Positions 27,120-37,284 of a DNA stretch of 64,000 nucleotides are shown one piece after another. The translations under genes and the position numbers were made by a program. The stretch is taken from contig JAGYLP010000004.1 of assembly GCA_018401015.1 (NCBI GenBank), forward strand, positions 19,307 through 83,306, in the 5' to 3' direction. Each line of letters begins with the position of its first letter. The first letter of the stretch is position 1. Source of the DNA: Bacteroidales bacterium (lineage in GTDB: Bacteria > Bacteroidota > Bacteroidia > Bacteroidales > M50B96). The notes under the pieces were generated by a model. That model saw nothing but the letters and a program-made list of their open reading frames with translations, was not told the DNA's origin and searched no databases.

Positions 27120-28448
27120 TTACAATTCAGGTTTAAAATAGATACTAAACAAATAATCAGGCAGTTGTGATCTGCAAACTTGAACATTTAGCTCCAAAAT
27201 ATCGGCAGAAAACTCGTGTCCTGTGGTAAAATTCTCGAAATAATCTCTGGTCGCAAGATATGAATAATTTATATATCTGGAGGGTTTCAATCTAAATTTT
27301 TTATTAACCGAATATTTAGATGGCATCAAGGGTATATTGACATAAAATCCAAAGTTTCGTCCCTCGGCACCAATATAGGCCTGCAAGCCTAAAATATACT
27401 CCATAAAATTCCTATATATCAGCACTTTATGAGCCTCTAGTCCGTATAAATACTTACCATAACTATACTGAAACGCCAGGGAGGTGGAAGGAACACGCCA
27501 TTCCAGGCCGGCAGCATAATTCCAATATTGAAGCCTGGCATATTCTACCGTAGGCTCATCGTATTCCTTACCGGTAAAACCAGTGTAACCGGCAGGTAAA
27601 TAATTCGCTTGTCCGGTGTAGGCTATGTTGCCAAACAATTGAAGCTGACCATCGGGAGTGAAACTCCGCAACTCGCCTTGAAATCCATAGCGGTTTCGAT
27701 GAAAAAAACCAGCCGATAATTTAGCGAATACCCCATCGTGCAGTTTCACCTGTTGATGAAAACTTATATACCGGGGTTGAAAATAATCGTTCGCGTTGAA
27801 GTAATGATAATCAATTAGTTGCAAAAAAAACTGAGGAACCAAATGCGCTCCTTTCCATAAATTGACCGATACGGTTGGCAAAACGGAAAGCTCAAACCGA
27901 AAAGGTTGCCGGGTATCGCCTAATTGAGTGCCCACACGCGGCTCTAGCACTAATTCGGTTCGCCATAGCGATGGATTCCGATAAGATAGCCCCCTTAAAA
28001 ACGAAGCTACTTTGCTTACTCGCATATCGACCGTAAGGGCTTTGTTCCACGAGGCTTTCGAAAAGAATGCGAATGTAGTGTCCGATGTGGATTGTTGATA
28101 TTCCGACAAACTCTTCCGAAACAGGTAGTAATCGAATACTACACGCAATACAGGTATCTTTTGTTTCTGAACCGCTAGATGAAGGCGATCGACCTCCGGC
28201 AAGGATTCCATCCCAAGGATAATTATCCTCGCTAAGGCTTCATTATCCGATCGATAAACCCGATTCTCATAGGAGAGATACACCTCCCTGTCGATCGTGC
28301 GGAAAAGAATGTTTTCAAAACCCATTGCCTCTAGCTTCCCAATAAAGATATCCAGGGGGGTTAATGATTCGGAAGGCTGAGCCTTTAACGACAAGTAAGG
28401 CAAACATCCTGCAAGCAGCAATACAAGTACAATCTTCTTCACCGGCAC
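27120..28448 (-). CDS. Hypothetical outer-membrane protein (possibly YjbH-like)
   Basis: 442 aa with a signal peptide. The N-terminal alpha/beta region reads FENILFRTIDREVYLSYENRVYRSDNEALARII, followed by a Tyr/Gly-rich beta-strand pattern. The family call is weak. Confidence 0.45.
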   Translation of the reverse strand: MPVKKIVLVLLLAGCLPYLSLKAQPSESLTPLDIFIGKLEAMGFENILFRTIDREVYLSYENRVYRSDNEALARIIILGMESLPEVDRLHLAVQKQKIPVLRVVFDYYLFRKSLSEYQQSTSDTTFAFFSKASWNKALTVDMRVSKVASFLRGLSYRNPSLWRTELVLEPRVGTQLGDTRQPFRFELSVLPTVSVNLWKGAHLVPQFFLQLIDYHYFNANDYFQPRYISFHQQVKLHDGVFAKLSAGFFHRNRYGFQGELRSFTPDGQLQLFGNIAYTGQANYLPAGYTGFTGKEYDEPTVEYARLQYWNYAAGLEWRVPSTSLAFQYSYGKYLYGLEAHKVLIYRNFMEYILGLQAYIGAEGRNFGFYVNIPLMPSKYSVNKKFRLKPSRYINYSYLATRDYFENFTTGHEFSADILELNVQVCRSQLPDYLFSIYFKPEL

Positions 28449-28820
28449 ATTTTTCTATGTTGGAAGGGAAATAATTTCTAGCTGCTAAGTTAGATAATTT
28501 GTGTCAGGCATTGGTTAATATTCCTTGCAACCTTTTAGGGAATTCGGAATCTAAAAAACCGTAATAAAAATTGCTTAAAAAAAAAAGGAACACATTAAGC
28601 AATCGAAATGAAACAAGCTCTACTTTTAGGACCGTTTAATTAGCCACGCAAAAAGACTTGACACTCATTTGAAATTCTGCTTACACCATATTATGTCCAC
28701 CAAGGGAATTGCCCTACAATCCGATTGAAAAATCCCATTTTCTTCAAGTGAAAAGCATAATTCCTCAAACAAAAAACAGCTAAAACTCGTTTGCCTATTC
28801 TTTAAAACTCATCGATAAAA

Positions 28821-31700
28821 ATGAAAAAAACCACTATCAGAATTCTTTTAATCAGCTTCATAGCGAACATCCTGTTGTTCAATCACTCGATAGGTCAAGT
28901 CATCGACCCATCGGATTTATTCCGCGAGTCGGGAGAATTATACTTAGAAATTGAAGTACCCGACGAAACTAGTTTGATTACAATCAGTCGATCGGTATCG
29001 ATCGATAAAATCTCCACCATAGAAGAAGGCACGCCTGGCTGGATTGTAAAAGCTTATGCCAGTGAAAAAGGATTCAGCGAGAGCGGCATTTCGGCCTTGA
29101 ATTTTACAGTGCTTCCTCATCCGGGATTGAATCCTCAAGCCAAGATGGTTGACTTTGCCGAACATAAAAGCAGCAATTCGTGGGATTATTTCCCCACCTA
29201 TCCTGCTTATGTTGAAATGATGGCCGACTTTGAAACGAACTTTCCTCACCTTTGTGAAATTGTCTCGATTGGCACAACGGTAAATGGTCGCGAAATCCTT
29301 TACGCCAAGCTCACCAATCAACTGAATGATAGCTTGCCGAAGCCTCGATTCAATTACACTTCGACCATGCATGGCGACGAAACCACCGGATATGTATTAA
29401 TGCTTCGCCTTATCGACCATTTCCTGAACGGTTATGGAATCGATAGTACCCTCACTCACATGCTCGACCACATGGAAATTTGGATTAATCCCAATGCAAA
29501 TCCCGATGGGACCTATTTTACCGGCGATAATTCTGTTTCAGGAGCCATTCGCTTCAATGCCAATTATGTCGATATCAATCGGAATTTCCCCAATTTCATC
29601 GCAGGTAATAATCCCGATGGAAATCCTTCGCAGCCCGAAACGATGGCCATGGTGGATTTTGCCGACTCTATATCCTTCGTCATGGGCGCGAATTTTCACG
29701 GTGGCATCGAACTGGCTAATTATCCCTGGGATTCTCAGGCAGCCCTGCATGCCGACGATGAGTGGTGGATCGACATCAGCCGCCAGTATGCGGATTCCTG
29801 TCAGCATTACAGCCCTTTGGATCCCAACTACTTCACCGGCGAGAACAACGGGATAACAAATGGCTTTGCCTGGTACCTGGTATATGGCAGTCGACAAGAT
29901 TTTATGCTTCACACCCACCGGTCCCGAGAATTAACCCTCGAAATATCCGACACCAAGAATCCTCCTGCTTCTACCCTTCCGGCATTTTGGGAATATAATT
30001 ATGTATCGATGATCAATTATATTGAGCAAATGCAATATGGCTTTCACGGTTTTGTAACCGATAGCCTTACAGGTGAGCCCTTGTATGCGAACATTTTCAT
30101 AAACAATCACGATCTGGAAAATTCCGATGTATTCACCGAATTACCTCACGGGAATTATTATCGACCCATTGCACCCGGGAGCTATCAGGTTACATTTTCT
30201 AGCCCCGGCTATCAAAGCAAAATACTCACCATTACCTGCAACCCAAATGAATCACATTTGGTTAATGTAGCCTTAACGATGGTTGCTCCCGAAGTGAATT
30301 TTGGAGTCGATTTAGGTTCATCCAGTTGCTCATCGACCATCACCATGATTAACCTGAGCAATACTACGACCAATAGCACCATCACTTGGTATTTTGGCGA
30401 CGGAACAACCTCAACCGAATGGGAACCAAGCCATACCTATACTGCCAACGGAATGTATGATGTAAGCTTGAGTATTTGCAATGAAATAGGTTGCGATTCC
30501 CTCACCCTACCGGGAGTAGCTATCATAAATCTCCCAGAGGTCCCTGCTCTGAGCGGTACGCAAGCCTGTATCGGAACGACTACCGAAATTACAACCGGCA
30601 CGCCGGTCGAGCTGCTTTGGTATTATCATCCCACCGACACCCTACCCTTTGCCATTGCAAATCCGTTTATTACCGAGCCTATTACAAACGACACCACCTT
30701 GTATGTCGAGGTATCGGTTCCTTCCGACCCAATCGTTGGAGGCAAACTAGACAACAGTGGTTCAGGAGGTTACTTCAATAGCAATGCTTCTCATTTCCTG
30801 ATTTTCGATTGTTATGAACCGGTTATCTTGAAAAATGTAACCGTATATTCCAATGCCAATGGCGACCGTGAGATTCTGCTACGCGATGCGAGTGGTTCGA
30901 TTCTAGCCTCAACCACTGTTTTTCTAACCGATACCGGAGAACACATCGTTCCTTTAAATTTTGAAATTCCTGTTGGCACGAACTTGCAGTTAGTGGGTCC
31001 AACCTTCCCCGGTTTATTTCGGACCGATAATGCACAGGATATTGATTATCCTTACAACCTCGATGGTAAAATTAGCATCAAGGCAGGTAGTGCAAACAGT
31101 AATCCGACCGGTTACTATTATTTCTTCTATCGCTGGGAAATTCAAGGCGACGATTGCCGCAGCTTTAGGGAAGAAGTAGTTATCGAGGCACAGGAAAGCG
31201 CACCAGAAGCGAGTTTTACTTACACGGTTAATCAGAATGAAGTCAGTTTTGCCTACACCGGGACCGAGGCCGACATCTTCTTATGGGTTTTTGGTGATGG
31301 AGCCACTTCAATCGAACCCAATCCGGTGCATACCTACACCAGCGACGGCAACTTTTCGGTGACACTTTTGGTTGGAAATGCTTGTGGCGAAGACAACACT
31401 GCTGAGGAAATTCTGATTGAACCAAATCGAATCGTGGAAGAGAGTGAAGTAGAATGGATGCTCTATCCGAATCCCGCCAAAGGCCTACTTCGTGTTCGCT
31501 TACCGGCCATTTCTGGCAACCTGAGCCTTGAGCTTATCAATTATCAAGGAAAACTGATTCATAGCAAGTTGATTCAATTGGCCAATTACTCAACGGAGGT
31601 TGCAATCGACCTATCGAATTATCCTGCCGGAATTTATCAAGTACAGCTCATTTCAGATGAATTTTGGTCGGCTAAAAAATTAATTCTCCTTCGAGAATAA
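28821..31700 (+). CDS. Secreted M14 zinc carboxypeptidase with PKD domains and a T9SS C-terminal sorting domain
   Basis: 959 aa. M14 catalytic set: MHGDETTG (HxxE), NRNF, ANFHGG, TLEISD. PKD motifs: WYFGDGTTS..HTYTANGMYDV and WVFGDGATS..HTYTSDGNFSV. The C-terminus LYPNPAKGLLRVRL...GIYQVQLISD is Por_Secre_tail-like. Confidence 0.88.
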   Translation: MKKTTIRILLISFIANILLFNHSIGQVIDPSDLFRESGELYLEIEVPDETSLITISRSVSIDKISTIEEGTPGWIVKAYASEKGFSESGISALNFTVLPHPGLNPQAKMVDFAEHKSSNSWDYFPTYPAYVEMMADFETNFPHLCEIVSIGTTVNGREILYAKLTNQLNDSLPKPRFNYTSTMHGDETTGYVLMLRLIDHFLNGYGIDSTLTHMLDHMEIWINPNANPDGTYFTGDNSVSGAIRFNANYVDINRNFPNFIAGNNPDGNPSQPETMAMVDFADSISFVMGANFHGGIELANYPWDSQAALHADDEWWIDISRQYADSCQHYSPLDPNYFTGENNGITNGFAWYLVYGSRQDFMLHTHRSRELTLEISDTKNPPASTLPAFWEYNYVSMINYIEQMQYGFHGFVTDSLTGEPLYANIFINNHDLENSDVFTELPHGNYYRPIAPGSYQVTFSSPGYQSKILTITCNPNESHLVNVALTMVAPEVNFGVDLGSSSCSSTITMINLSNTTTNSTITWYFGDGTTSTEWEPSHTYTANGMYDVSLSICNEIGCDSLTLPGVAIINLPEVPALSGTQACIGTTTEITTGTPVELLWYYHPTDTLPFAIANPFITEPITNDTTLYVEVSVPSDPIVGGKLDNSGSGGYFNSNASHFLIFDCYEPVILKNVTVYSNANGDREILLRDASGSILASTTVFLTDTGEHIVPLNFEIPVGTNLQLVGPTFPGLFRTDNAQDIDYPYNLDGKISIKAGSANSNPTGYYYFFYRWEIQGDDCRSFREEVVIEAQESAPEASFTYTVNQNEVSFAYTGTEADIFLWVFGDGATSIEPNPVHTYTSDGNFSVTLLVGNACGEDNTAEEILIEPNRIVEESEVEWMLYPNPAKGLLRVRLPAISGNLSLELINYQGKLIHSKLIQLANYSTEVAIDLSNYPAGIYQVQLISDEFWSAKKLILLRE

Positions 31701-31796
31701 ATTCTCGGTAGAGTAAAGAATTATTCTCACCTTTGCACGCTATTTTAATTCGCTTTTAATCAAGAGATTCAAAAGCACACTAACCAATCTATTTTA

Positions 31797-33500
31797 ATGA
31801 ACAAAAATCCATTTAAAGGGAAACGAGTGCCGGGAGGCAATGAGCGTTTCCAGGGTCGCAAAGGAGACGAAGGAAACTTTCGTCGTCGGAGCGAAGGAAG
31901 TAATTTCAACCCGCGTCGTTCTTTCTCAGCCTCATCATCCGATGAAGATTCCGAAGGACGGAACAAGGATTCCCATCCTTACAAATCGCGCAGCACAGGC
32001 GGTTATGCTAATCGCACCGACCGAGGTTCTTACGCCAGCCGCAGACCATCTTACCCTCGTCGGGACGATCAAGGCGAAGGCACATCCGAAAGAAGATTTA
32101 ACAGCAATTCAGACTCATCGGGTTTTTCCGGAAGAAAATCTTTCGGATCGAACAATCGATTTGACAATAAGCGACCAAGTCGATCTTTTTCCGATCGTCG
32201 CGACGATTTTCGGAAACGAGAAGGAGATTCCGATTTCCGACCACGCCGATCCGATCAATCGGAAGAGCGTCCTTACTCTTCGCAAGGTTCGGAGAGAAAA
32301 CGCTTCGACAAACCCAGAGAATCCTTTCCACGTCGTTCACGCGATGAACAAGGAGGAAGAGGTTCCTTTTCGAACGATCGTCCGACAAGGAATCGATTCA
32401 ACGATCGCCGTTCAGATCGTTCAGACCGTTCAGAATCGAATTCAACCGAAAACTATCGTGGTGGTGACCGCACCAAGAGCTTTGGTCGCTCGAACCGCAG
32501 CGATGAACAATCGTCCGGTGGCGGCTTTATTCGTCGACGCAATGCAGGCAGCCGCGATTCAGGATTCACAAAGGACCGCGGTGATAGAGGATTCCGCAAA
32601 GCCGAGGGAGACAATAGTTTCCGTAAAACCTATGATAAGCCAGCCGGTGAACGTAGTTTTCACAAGCACCATGAGGAAACAGGTGGAGAACGAACTTTCC
32701 GCAAACGAACGGACGAGAACTATTCTCCCAAACCCGAACGAAGTACTGCTCCTAAGCCCAAGCCCAGTCAGCCCAAAGACGATGGAACCACCCGTTTGAA
32801 TAAATACTTGGCCAATGCCGGGATCTGTTCTCGACGGGAAGCCGACGATTTAATCAAAGCCGGATTAGTGAAGGTGAACGACGAGGTCGTAACCGAAATG
32901 GGCGTTAAGGTAACCGATGGCGATGTGGTTAAATTCAACGATGCCACGGTAAAAACGGAGAAGAAGATTTACTTACTCTTGAACAAACCCAAGGATTACA
33001 TTACAACTACCGACGACCCGCATGCCAAGAAAAACGTGATGGAGCTAGTTCAGGATGCCTGCAAAGAACGAATTTATCCGGTTGGTCGTTTAGACCGGAA
33101 TACGACCGGTGTTCTTTTATTCACCAACGATGGCGATTTAGCTGGAAAGCTTACCCATCCGTCGCAAAAGAAGAAGAAGATTTACCAGGTGCACCTGGAT
33201 AAAGCTCTTACTAAAAACGACATGCAGCAGATTGCCGACGGTATTGAGCTCGATGATGGGTTCATGCAGGTAGATGCCATCACCTTTGTTGATCCGGAAG
33301 ATAAGAAGCTGATAGGCATTGAAATTCATTCCGGAAAGAACCGCATTGTACGCCGAATTTTTGAATCGCTCGATTATAAAATCATGAGCCTCGATCGGGT
33401 TTATTTTGCCGGACTTACCAAGAAGAATGTACCTAGAGGCAAATGGCGCATGCTTAGCGAAAAAGAAGTTAGTTTCCTGCAAATGGGGAATTATAAATAA
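31797..33500 (+). CDS. RsuA/RluB-family pseudouridine synthase with a roughly 330-aa low-complexity N-terminal extension
   Basis: S4 domain TRLNKYLANAGICSRREADDLIKAG. Catalytic core YPVGRLDRNTTGVLLFTNDGDL. Residues 1 to about 330 are Arg/Ser/Asp/Phe/Gly-rich with no recognisable fold. Confidence 0.88.
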   Translation: MNKNPFKGKRVPGGNERFQGRKGDEGNFRRRSEGSNFNPRRSFSASSSDEDSEGRNKDSHPYKSRSTGGYANRTDRGSYASRRPSYPRRDDQGEGTSERRFNSNSDSSGFSGRKSFGSNNRFDNKRPSRSFSDRRDDFRKREGDSDFRPRRSDQSEERPYSSQGSERKRFDKPRESFPRRSRDEQGGRGSFSNDRPTRNRFNDRRSDRSDRSESNSTENYRGGDRTKSFGRSNRSDEQSSGGGFIRRRNAGSRDSGFTKDRGDRGFRKAEGDNSFRKTYDKPAGERSFHKHHEETGGERTFRKRTDENYSPKPERSTAPKPKPSQPKDDGTTRLNKYLANAGICSRREADDLIKAGLVKVNDEVVTEMGVKVTDGDVVKFNDATVKTEKKIYLLLNKPKDYITTTDDPHAKKNVMELVQDACKERIYPVGRLDRNTTGVLLFTNDGDLAGKLTHPSQKKKKIYQVHLDKALTKNDMQQIADGIELDDGFMQVDAITFVDPEDKKLIGIEIHSGKNRIVRRIFESLDYKIMSLDRVYFAGLTKKNVPRGKWRMLSEKEVSFLQMGNYK

Positions 33501-33582
33501 CGTTAAGAATCCTCATTTTTTTGTTGCGTTTCGGATTAATTATTTATTTGCGGCGCGATTAATAACCAGAAAAAAAACTTCA

Positions 33583-34263
33583 ATGAAAAGAATCTTCTTA
33601 TTGATGCTCAGTGTATTAAGCCTGAGCGTAATGGCTCAGGACAACAAAACAGCCGACGATTATGTAGCCGAAGGCAGTGACGCATATCGTTCCAAAGACT
33701 ACAAATCGGCTTTCACTGCATTTGAAACAGCACTCCAAATGAAAAAGCAAGCAGGAGTAACCGACACCGTTTTGTACTACAATACCGGTTATTGTGCCTA
33801 CAAAAGCAATCAATTCGAGAAAGCTTCTACTTACTTTGAAAAGAGTGTTGAACTTGGTTATAAAACCGAGTTATCCTATGTATTTGCGACGAATAGTTAT
33901 CGGAAAGCAAATAACGACGAGAAATTTGCCACTTCGCTTACAGCAGCCTTTGAAAAGTATCCTAAGAATAAAACCTTAGTGATGTTGATGGCTACTCATC
34001 AGTTTAAATTAGGACTGAATCATTACAACAAGGCTTCGGAAATTGTTGCAGAAGCTGCTAAAATCAATGAAACAGAACCCGACCGTTTCAAAACGCTGAT
34101 GAGTCAGGCACAAGGAGAATACAACCTGGCTCTGCCCTACTTGTTAAAAACCTACGATTTAAACCCAAAAACGAAGAATCTTTTCGAAGCTTTATCGGGG
34201 GTTTACGAAGGGCTGAATAACAAAGAAGAAGCAGTCAAATGGAAAGCTCTGGCTGAAAAATAA
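33583..34263 (+). CDS. Secreted TPR-repeat protein
   Basis: ATG 33583 gives signal peptide MKRIFLLMLSVLSLSVMAQ. The track start at 33406 overlaps the previous gene. TPR-like A..Y...A..Y repeats are present. Confidence 0.65.
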   Translation: MKRIFLLMLSVLSLSVMAQDNKTADDYVAEGSDAYRSKDYKSAFTAFETALQMKKQAGVTDTVLYYNTGYCAYKSNQFEKASTYFEKSVELGYKTELSYVFATNSYRKANNDEKFATSLTAAFEKYPKNKTLVMLMATHQFKLGLNHYNKASEIVAEAAKINETEPDRFKTLMSQAQGEYNLALPYLLKTYDLNPKTKNLFEALSGVYEGLNNKEEAVKWKALAEK

Positions 34264-34277
34264 TTGATGCTCACTTA

Positions 34278-34313
34278 TAAAAAAAACGCTCCGCAAAACG
34301 GAGCGTTTTTTTT
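34278..34313. terminator. Bidirectional rho-independent terminator between convergent genes
   Basis: A-run, then CGCTCCG-caaaa-CGGAGCG, then a T-run. It lies between the TPR gene stop (34263) and the purC stop (34312). Confidence 0.7.
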
Positions 34314-35262
34314 ATGCGCCTTGATTTAGAAACTGCAGAACATGCTGTTCAATCCGGTCTAGTGGATTACTTGATTCATCGGGTTGAAAAATCGTTCCAA
34401 TGAGTTGTTCGTACAGCTCAATGTAGCGAGCCGAAATAGTTTGCGTCCATTCATCGGTCATAACAGGAATCTCTTGCCCGGTTTTACCCTGAAAACCATT
34501 TGCCATGAGCCATTCGCGAACAAACTCTTTCGATAACTGCTTTTGATTTTCGCCCCGGGCAAAGCGTTCCTCATACCCTTCGCGGTAAAAGTAGCGGGAT
34601 GAATCGGGGGTATGAATTTCATCGATCAAATAAACTTTTTCATCCTTTACTCCGAATTCATATTTGGTATCGACTAAAATGAGCCCCATGCTCGCTGCCA
34701 TTTCAGCACCTCGTGCAAAGAGCCTGCGCGTATAATCTTCCAGCTGCTCGTAGTATTGTTCCGAAACAATTCCCTGCTTCAGTATTTCCTCGCTAGTAAT
34801 ATCTTCGTCGTGTCCTTCGGAGGCTTTGGTCGTGGGCGTAATGACCGGTTCCGGCAGCCGCTGATGTTCCTTCATGCCGTTGGGCAATTGCAATCCGCCA
34901 AAAACACGCTGACCCTGCTGATAGGCTCTCCAGCTGCTGCCCGTTAAAAAAGCCCGGATAATCATTTCTACCGGAAAAGGTTCACAAGCTATCCCCACCA
35001 TTACATTGGCATCGGGAGTTGCCACCTTCCAATTCGGAACAATATCGGCCGTAGCATCAAGAAACCTGGACGCAATTTGATTCAAAACTTGTCCTTTAAA
35101 TGGAATTCCTTTGGGCAGTACTACATCGAAAGCACTGATGCGGTCGGTTATGACCATTACGAGCAAGTCGTCGATAAAATACACATCGCGCACTTTCCCG
35201 TGATAGACCTTTTTCTGATTTGGAAATTGAAAATTGGTTTTAACAATAGCCTGATTTATCAT
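34312..35262 (-). CDS. purC: Phosphoribosylaminoimidazole-succinocarboxamide (SAICAR) synthase
   Basis: YHGKVRDVY..., long-form PurC of 316 aa from ATG 35262 (the track start at 35268 is TTG). Confidence 0.92.
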   Translation of the reverse strand: MINQAIVKTNFQFPNQKKVYHGKVRDVYFIDDLLVMVITDRISAFDVVLPKGIPFKGQVLNQIASRFLDATADIVPNWKVATPDANVMVGIACEPFPVEMIIRAFLTGSSWRAYQQGQRVFGGLQLPNGMKEHQRLPEPVITPTTKASEGHDEDITSEEILKQGIVSEQYYEQLEDYTRRLFARGAEMAASMGLILVDTKYEFGVKDEKVYLIDEIHTPDSSRYFYREGYEERFARGENQKQLSKEFVREWLMANGFQGKTGQEIPVMTDEWTQTISARYIELYEQLIGTIFQPDESSNPLDRIEQHVLQFLNQGA

Positions 35263-35273
35263 ATTCAATGGAT

Positions 35274-36257
35274 TTAATAGCTCTTTGGGGAGTAATTGGA
35301 TTCTTCGTCTTCGTTTTGATAGCGCTCATAGGCTGCTACAATCTGTTTCACGAGCGGATGGCGCACAATATCTTGTTGATTAAATTCGATGATACTCATT
35401 CCTTTAATGTTTCGAAGGACCTTAAAGGCATGGAGCAAACCCGATTGTTTTTTCCGGGGCAGGTCAATTTGAGTTATATCGCCGGTTACGATGAATTTAG
35501 CCTGCATTCCCATTCGGGTAACAAACATTTTGAATTGATTGATGGTAGCATTTTGCGCTTCGTCGAGGATCACGAAAGCATTCTCGAGGGTTCGTCCTCG
35601 CATAAAGGCTAAGGGAGCAATTTGAATTATTCCTTCTTCTAGAAAATCCTTCAGTTTTTTAGGAGGGATCATATCGCCCAATGCATCGTAGAGTGGTTGC
35701 AAATACGGATCGATTTTTTCCTTCATATCGCCGGGTAAAAAACCGAGGTTTTCGCCCGCTTCAACGGCAGGTCGGCTTAGCACAATTTTTTTCACTTGTC
35801 GACTTTTGAGGGCTTTAACTGCCAGTGCAATGGCTGTATAGGTTTTACCTGTACCTGCCGGCCCAACCGCAAGAATCAAATCGTTTTCCCGCGAAGCTTC
35901 GACCATTTTAAACTGGTTTTCGGTACGAGCCCTGATAATTTTTCCGGCGTTGCCAAAGAGCAATACTTCATCATCTTGCAACTTACTCGATCCGGAGCGT
36001 TCTGTTTCGCCGAGCAAAATTTGCTCAAAATCGGAATGGGTAATCTGATTGTACCGATGGTAATGCTCAATGAGGGTTTCAATGCGGTGTTCAAAACGTT
36101 TGATTTCCTCGGGCTCGCCAATGATACGCAGCTCACTCCCGCGCGAGATGATCTTCAGTTTAGTAAAAAAGTTTTTAAGCAACTCCAGTTTACTGTTATT
36201 TACTCCATACAGCTCAACCGGGTCGATATTTTCGAGCAGAATAGTTTTATCCGACAT
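35274..36257 (-). CDS. phoH: PhoH-like ATPase
   Basis: Walker [12 protein letters not shown], Walker [10 protein letters not shown], and GDITQIDLP. Confidence 0.9.
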   Translation of the reverse strand: MSDKTILLENIDPVELYGVNNSKLELLKNFFTKLKIISRGSELRIIGEPEEIKRFEHRIETLIEHYHRYNQITHSDFEQILLGETERSGSSKLQDDEVLLFGNAGKIIRARTENQFKMVEASRENDLILAVGPAGTGKTYTAIALAVKALKSRQVKKIVLSRPAVEAGENLGFLPGDMKEKIDPYLQPLYDALGDMIPPKKLKDFLEEGIIQIAPLAFMRGRTLENAFVILDEAQNATINQFKMFVTRMGMQAKFIVTGDITQIDLPRKKQSGLLHAFKVLRNIKGMSIIEFNQQDIVRHPLVKQIVAAYERYQNEDEESNYSPKSY

Positions 36258-36307
36258 GCAGGTATTGTTAAAGCAGGCAAATTAATAAACATTTTACGAC
36301 ATCAAGC

Positions 36308-37045
36308 TTAGGTTGATTCCATTGCGGCTTGCATTTTTTCATGTATTTCAGCAATCAATTCATCGGCTGTTTTGCCGGTTTGTTCCACTGGCTCGAGCAC
36401 ATTCAGTCGGATACGCGTTCCAAAGCAAATGAACAAGCGAGAACGGCGGAATAGTTGTGCATTCCCCTGAATGACAATAGGAACAATGTGAGCCTGGGGA
36501 GTTTTTTTTAGTAAAGCTTTTAGTCCGGCCGATTTAAACGGATGCACGATTCCATCGCGATGTCGGGAACCTTCGGGGAAAATTACTGCCGCATGATTTG
36601 TTTCGGTGATTCGTTGCCCCAGTTCAAAAATCTGGCGGATGGCTTGTGCTTGATTGTCGCGGTCGATGAGCACCGAGCCATTGTAACGGAGTGCGATGGA
36701 AACGCTTGGGAAGTGTTTCCCAAGCTGATGTTTTGCTATGTATTTGGGAGAAAATCGAGCAAAATAAACCTGAATTAAGGGGATATCGAATAAACTTTGA
36801 TGATTGGACACTAAAATTACAGGCCTATTGTCGGGAAGCTGCGTATTACCACGCACGGCAATTCGGGCGCCCGTTACACGCAGGAAAAACAGCATTAGTC
36901 GAGCACTGAAGGTGATTACTTTTTGTTGAGCCCGTGCGCCACCCAGACGAAGAGAGGCATACTGAATAGGGTGCATGAGCACTAGCATGGCTCCTCCCAG
37001 CGCAAAAAACAGCAAGGAAGTAATTATGGAGACAATTAGACGCAT
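36308..37045 (-). CDS. plsC: 1-acyl-sn-glycerol-3-phosphate acyltransferase
   Basis: N-terminal TM helix, HX4D motif NHQSLFD, and FPEGSR. Confidence 0.85.
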   Translation of the reverse strand: MRLIVSIITSLLFFALGGAMLVLMHPIQYASLRLGGARAQQKVITFSARLMLFFLRVTGARIAVRGNTQLPDNRPVILVSNHQSLFDIPLIQVYFARFSPKYIAKHQLGKHFPSVSIALRYNGSVLIDRDNQAQAIRQIFELGQRITETNHAAVIFPEGSRHRDGIVHPFKSAGLKALLKKTPQAHIVPIVIQGNAQLFRRSRLFICFGTRIRLNVLEPVEQTGKTADELIAEIHEKMQAAMEST

Positions 37046-37284
37046 TGCCTAGAGCTTAACGACGAATTAAGAAGGGTAGTCATTGAATGGTGTTTCATTT
37101 TTTAAAGCTTCCAAAATTAGAAGCTTTCTTCAGAAACAATTCTTTCGGGTCGTGATTTTACGCTTTCTTTTTCGGCACCTGTAAATTGTGGTCATCTCGC
37201 TTATAAAATCAGCCATTATAAAAGAGTTGCCTATTTTGTTCCAAAGCATGAAATTATTCATCTTTGCAGCTTTCCGAATCCAAT

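Noticed and set aside
28440-28451. My reading of the bases around the start of the 27120..28448 gene gives ATG at 28449-28451 (MCRWKKIV...), whereas the ORF track gives MPVKKIV... from 28448
   Set aside because: The 1-nt discrepancy sits at a line break and cannot be resolved by eye. I kept the ORF-track coordinates. It has no effect on the functional call.
31840-32799. A 319-aa ORF in a second plus-strand frame, overlapping the 5' half of the pseudouridine synthase gene
   Set aside because: Its translation is low-complexity with no motifs. The frame is kept open by the compositional bias of the Arg/Ser/Asp-rich region. The other frame continues into a bona fide S4/RluB core.
35268-36311. 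Plus-strand ORFs of 114 and 171 aa antisense to phoH
   Set aside because: phoH carries clear Walker motifs on the minus strand. The antisense translations are featureless.
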